Assembly: GCF_025526975.1 (NCBI RefSeq)
Contig: NW_026515674.1
Location: 434,001 to 498,000, forward strand
DNA from: Fimicolochytrium jonesii
Taxonomy: Eukaryota
Direction: 5' to 3'
Length of the DNA stretch: 64,000 nt
This document shows, in pieces, positions 62,501-64,000 of this stretch. The notes beneath the pieces were generated by a model that saw nothing but the letters and a program-made list of their open reading frames with translations, was not told where the DNA came from and did no database searches. Positions within the stretch are counted from its first letter, which is position 1; each line of letters begins with the position of its first letter. The translations under genes were made by a program, and so were the position numbers.

Positions 62501-63959
62501 CTATTTTGGGAATTCTTGATGAGCACCGAGGCACACTCGGTTGATAGCTTCGACGCAAACTTCCGCAAAATGATCAAGTCTCGAGGAAAACTCGACGTTG
62601 ATCTCGAGATGGATCAGATGCGGGCGAGATACGATTTGGTCGGACTCGGTCCAGTAGGCGTCCCGCCCACAGATCAAGATCCAACGAATAATGACAGTGA
62701 GAAGAGCCCGGAGGAGAACGGGTCAAAGACTCAAGACGATGGTTCTCAACAGTCACCGGCCGTGGAAGATGACTTCCGTGTGCTGATTGCCGAGGTACGG
62801 CCTCTCTTCTTCTGCTTGTTCTTGTGTAATTAATGATCTCATCGCCGTTTTCCACCTCAACAACAGGACAATCCCAGTGAGTTTACAATCAGCCTTGATG
62901 CGTTCGTTGTTCCATCGATGGGGTCCTGACGTTACAACTAGTCAATCAACAGATTCTGGCCACCTCACTATCGAGAAAACGGCTGAAGCATGACATAGTG
63001 GAAAATGGACAGCGGGCGGTGGACGCATGGACGGAGAAGCGATATCAAGTGGTAAGCACACTTGCTCCCTCTCGCACTCGCAAAGCTTAACGCTTCTTCT
63101 ACGTCCTTTCGAATCGGTCCTTTTATCATTAGATATTAATGGATGTCCAGGTAGGATTAGCAAGGGGAAAACGATCGCACATCACGAGCTCGCTCACCTA
63201 ACAGCCGTCTGTTCGTCCATATTTTGCAGATGCCAGTAATGAATGGCATTGATGCCGTTGCTATCATCCGCCGCCGAGAGAGAGAGTTCGCAGCCGAAGC
63301 CGAACGTACCAATGTGAAGAACTCTGCCAATACTACGGAAGCCGCACTGAATGGAAAGCAGGGAGCCCCGTCGCGCACGAACATCGTTGTTCTCACGGGC
63401 TTGGACAGCCCAGAGGATCAGAAAGCGGCAATGACGGCTGGCGCCGATTTGTTCTTGACTAAAGTGAGTGGTCGCTACTCACATGCGGCGTTTTCCGCAA
63501 AATCAGATCGTGGCGCGGCGCGGGCATTGGGTGAAACTCCGAAATAACGCTGTCCACTTACAGCCGGTCAGTATGAAGCGGTTACATGCGTATATCTCGC
63601 AATTGATCGACGTACCGACGTCTCATATCGAAAACATTGCGACCGCTCCCCGCCGAAACCTCACTCGGAAGGAAAGCAGAACCAAAAAACCAAAAGATGC
63701 GACTCCCACCAAGTCCGAGGCCGATAAGCCCTTACCGCGATTAACACGAAGACAGCAGGAGCAGCTCAACCATACCATAGTCACCTCCACTGATCTTGAA
63801 GACAATGTTTCTAAGGAAACCGAGCCCAGCCTTACTGTTGGCATGCCACCACACGTTGATCGCAAGTTTGGACATACGGCTCGTTCGCCGTCAAGTTCGT
63901 CTGACACAATATCTGAGATGTCTTCGAATAACAGCAGCATTGCTCTTCTTGGGGATTAG
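59594..63959 (+). CDS. Membrane-bound hybrid histidine kinase (TM sensor, HisKA, HATPase, pseudo-receiver, receiver); start uncertain
   Basis: Hydrophobic N-terminal exons; H-box AKTRFISSISHELRTPLHGI, LRQILV|NLLGNSIKFT, DTGCGI, FSPFEQ, GTGLGLSIVK, GQGTTF; receiver VLIAE|DNPI, ILMDVQ|MPVMNG, GADLFLTK|PV. Confidence 0.9.
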
Positions 63960-64000
63960 TGTACTTTAGACATGACGGAAGATATCGATGATCTCTCATC

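Overview
Gene-dense eukaryotic DNA with many short (mostly 60-130 nt) spliceosomal introns. It is most consistent with a zoosporic (chytrid-type) fungus: it carries two ciliary genes (CDK20/CCRK-LF2 and SPATA17) alongside fungal-type families (hybrid histidine kinase, DUF6604-like protein, Cys-rich/TM/SH3 receptors). I hand-spliced about 27 protein genes and one tRNA-Arg(ACG): AK3-type adenylate kinase, VPS16, CDK20, ELP4, F-box/LRR, TMEM258/OST5, BOS1/GOSR2, ERI1, two signal peptide-Cys-rich-TM-SH3 proteins, a Gly/Tyr-rich GPI-type protein, a BTB protein, SPATA17, an SH3-DH-PH-PX RhoGEF, a bromodomain protein, an EI24-like protein, an alpha/beta hydrolase, TM9SF/EMP70, a PHOSPHO2-like HAD phosphatase, MOCS1A, DUF6604, a small nuclear protein, a 4xRRM Gbp2-like protein, scramblase, an RS-rich protein and a hybrid HK. 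I saw no intact mobile element, CRISPR array or clear new multi-gene system. The best leads are single-protein architectures: a PIX-like GEF joined to a Bem1-type PX domain, a Cys-cluster insert in the HK ATPase domain, a Shadoo-like N-terminus on a GLMP-like domain, and two SH3-tailed receptors. All family calls are from motif recognition by eye, not database searches, and CDS coordinates span introns.
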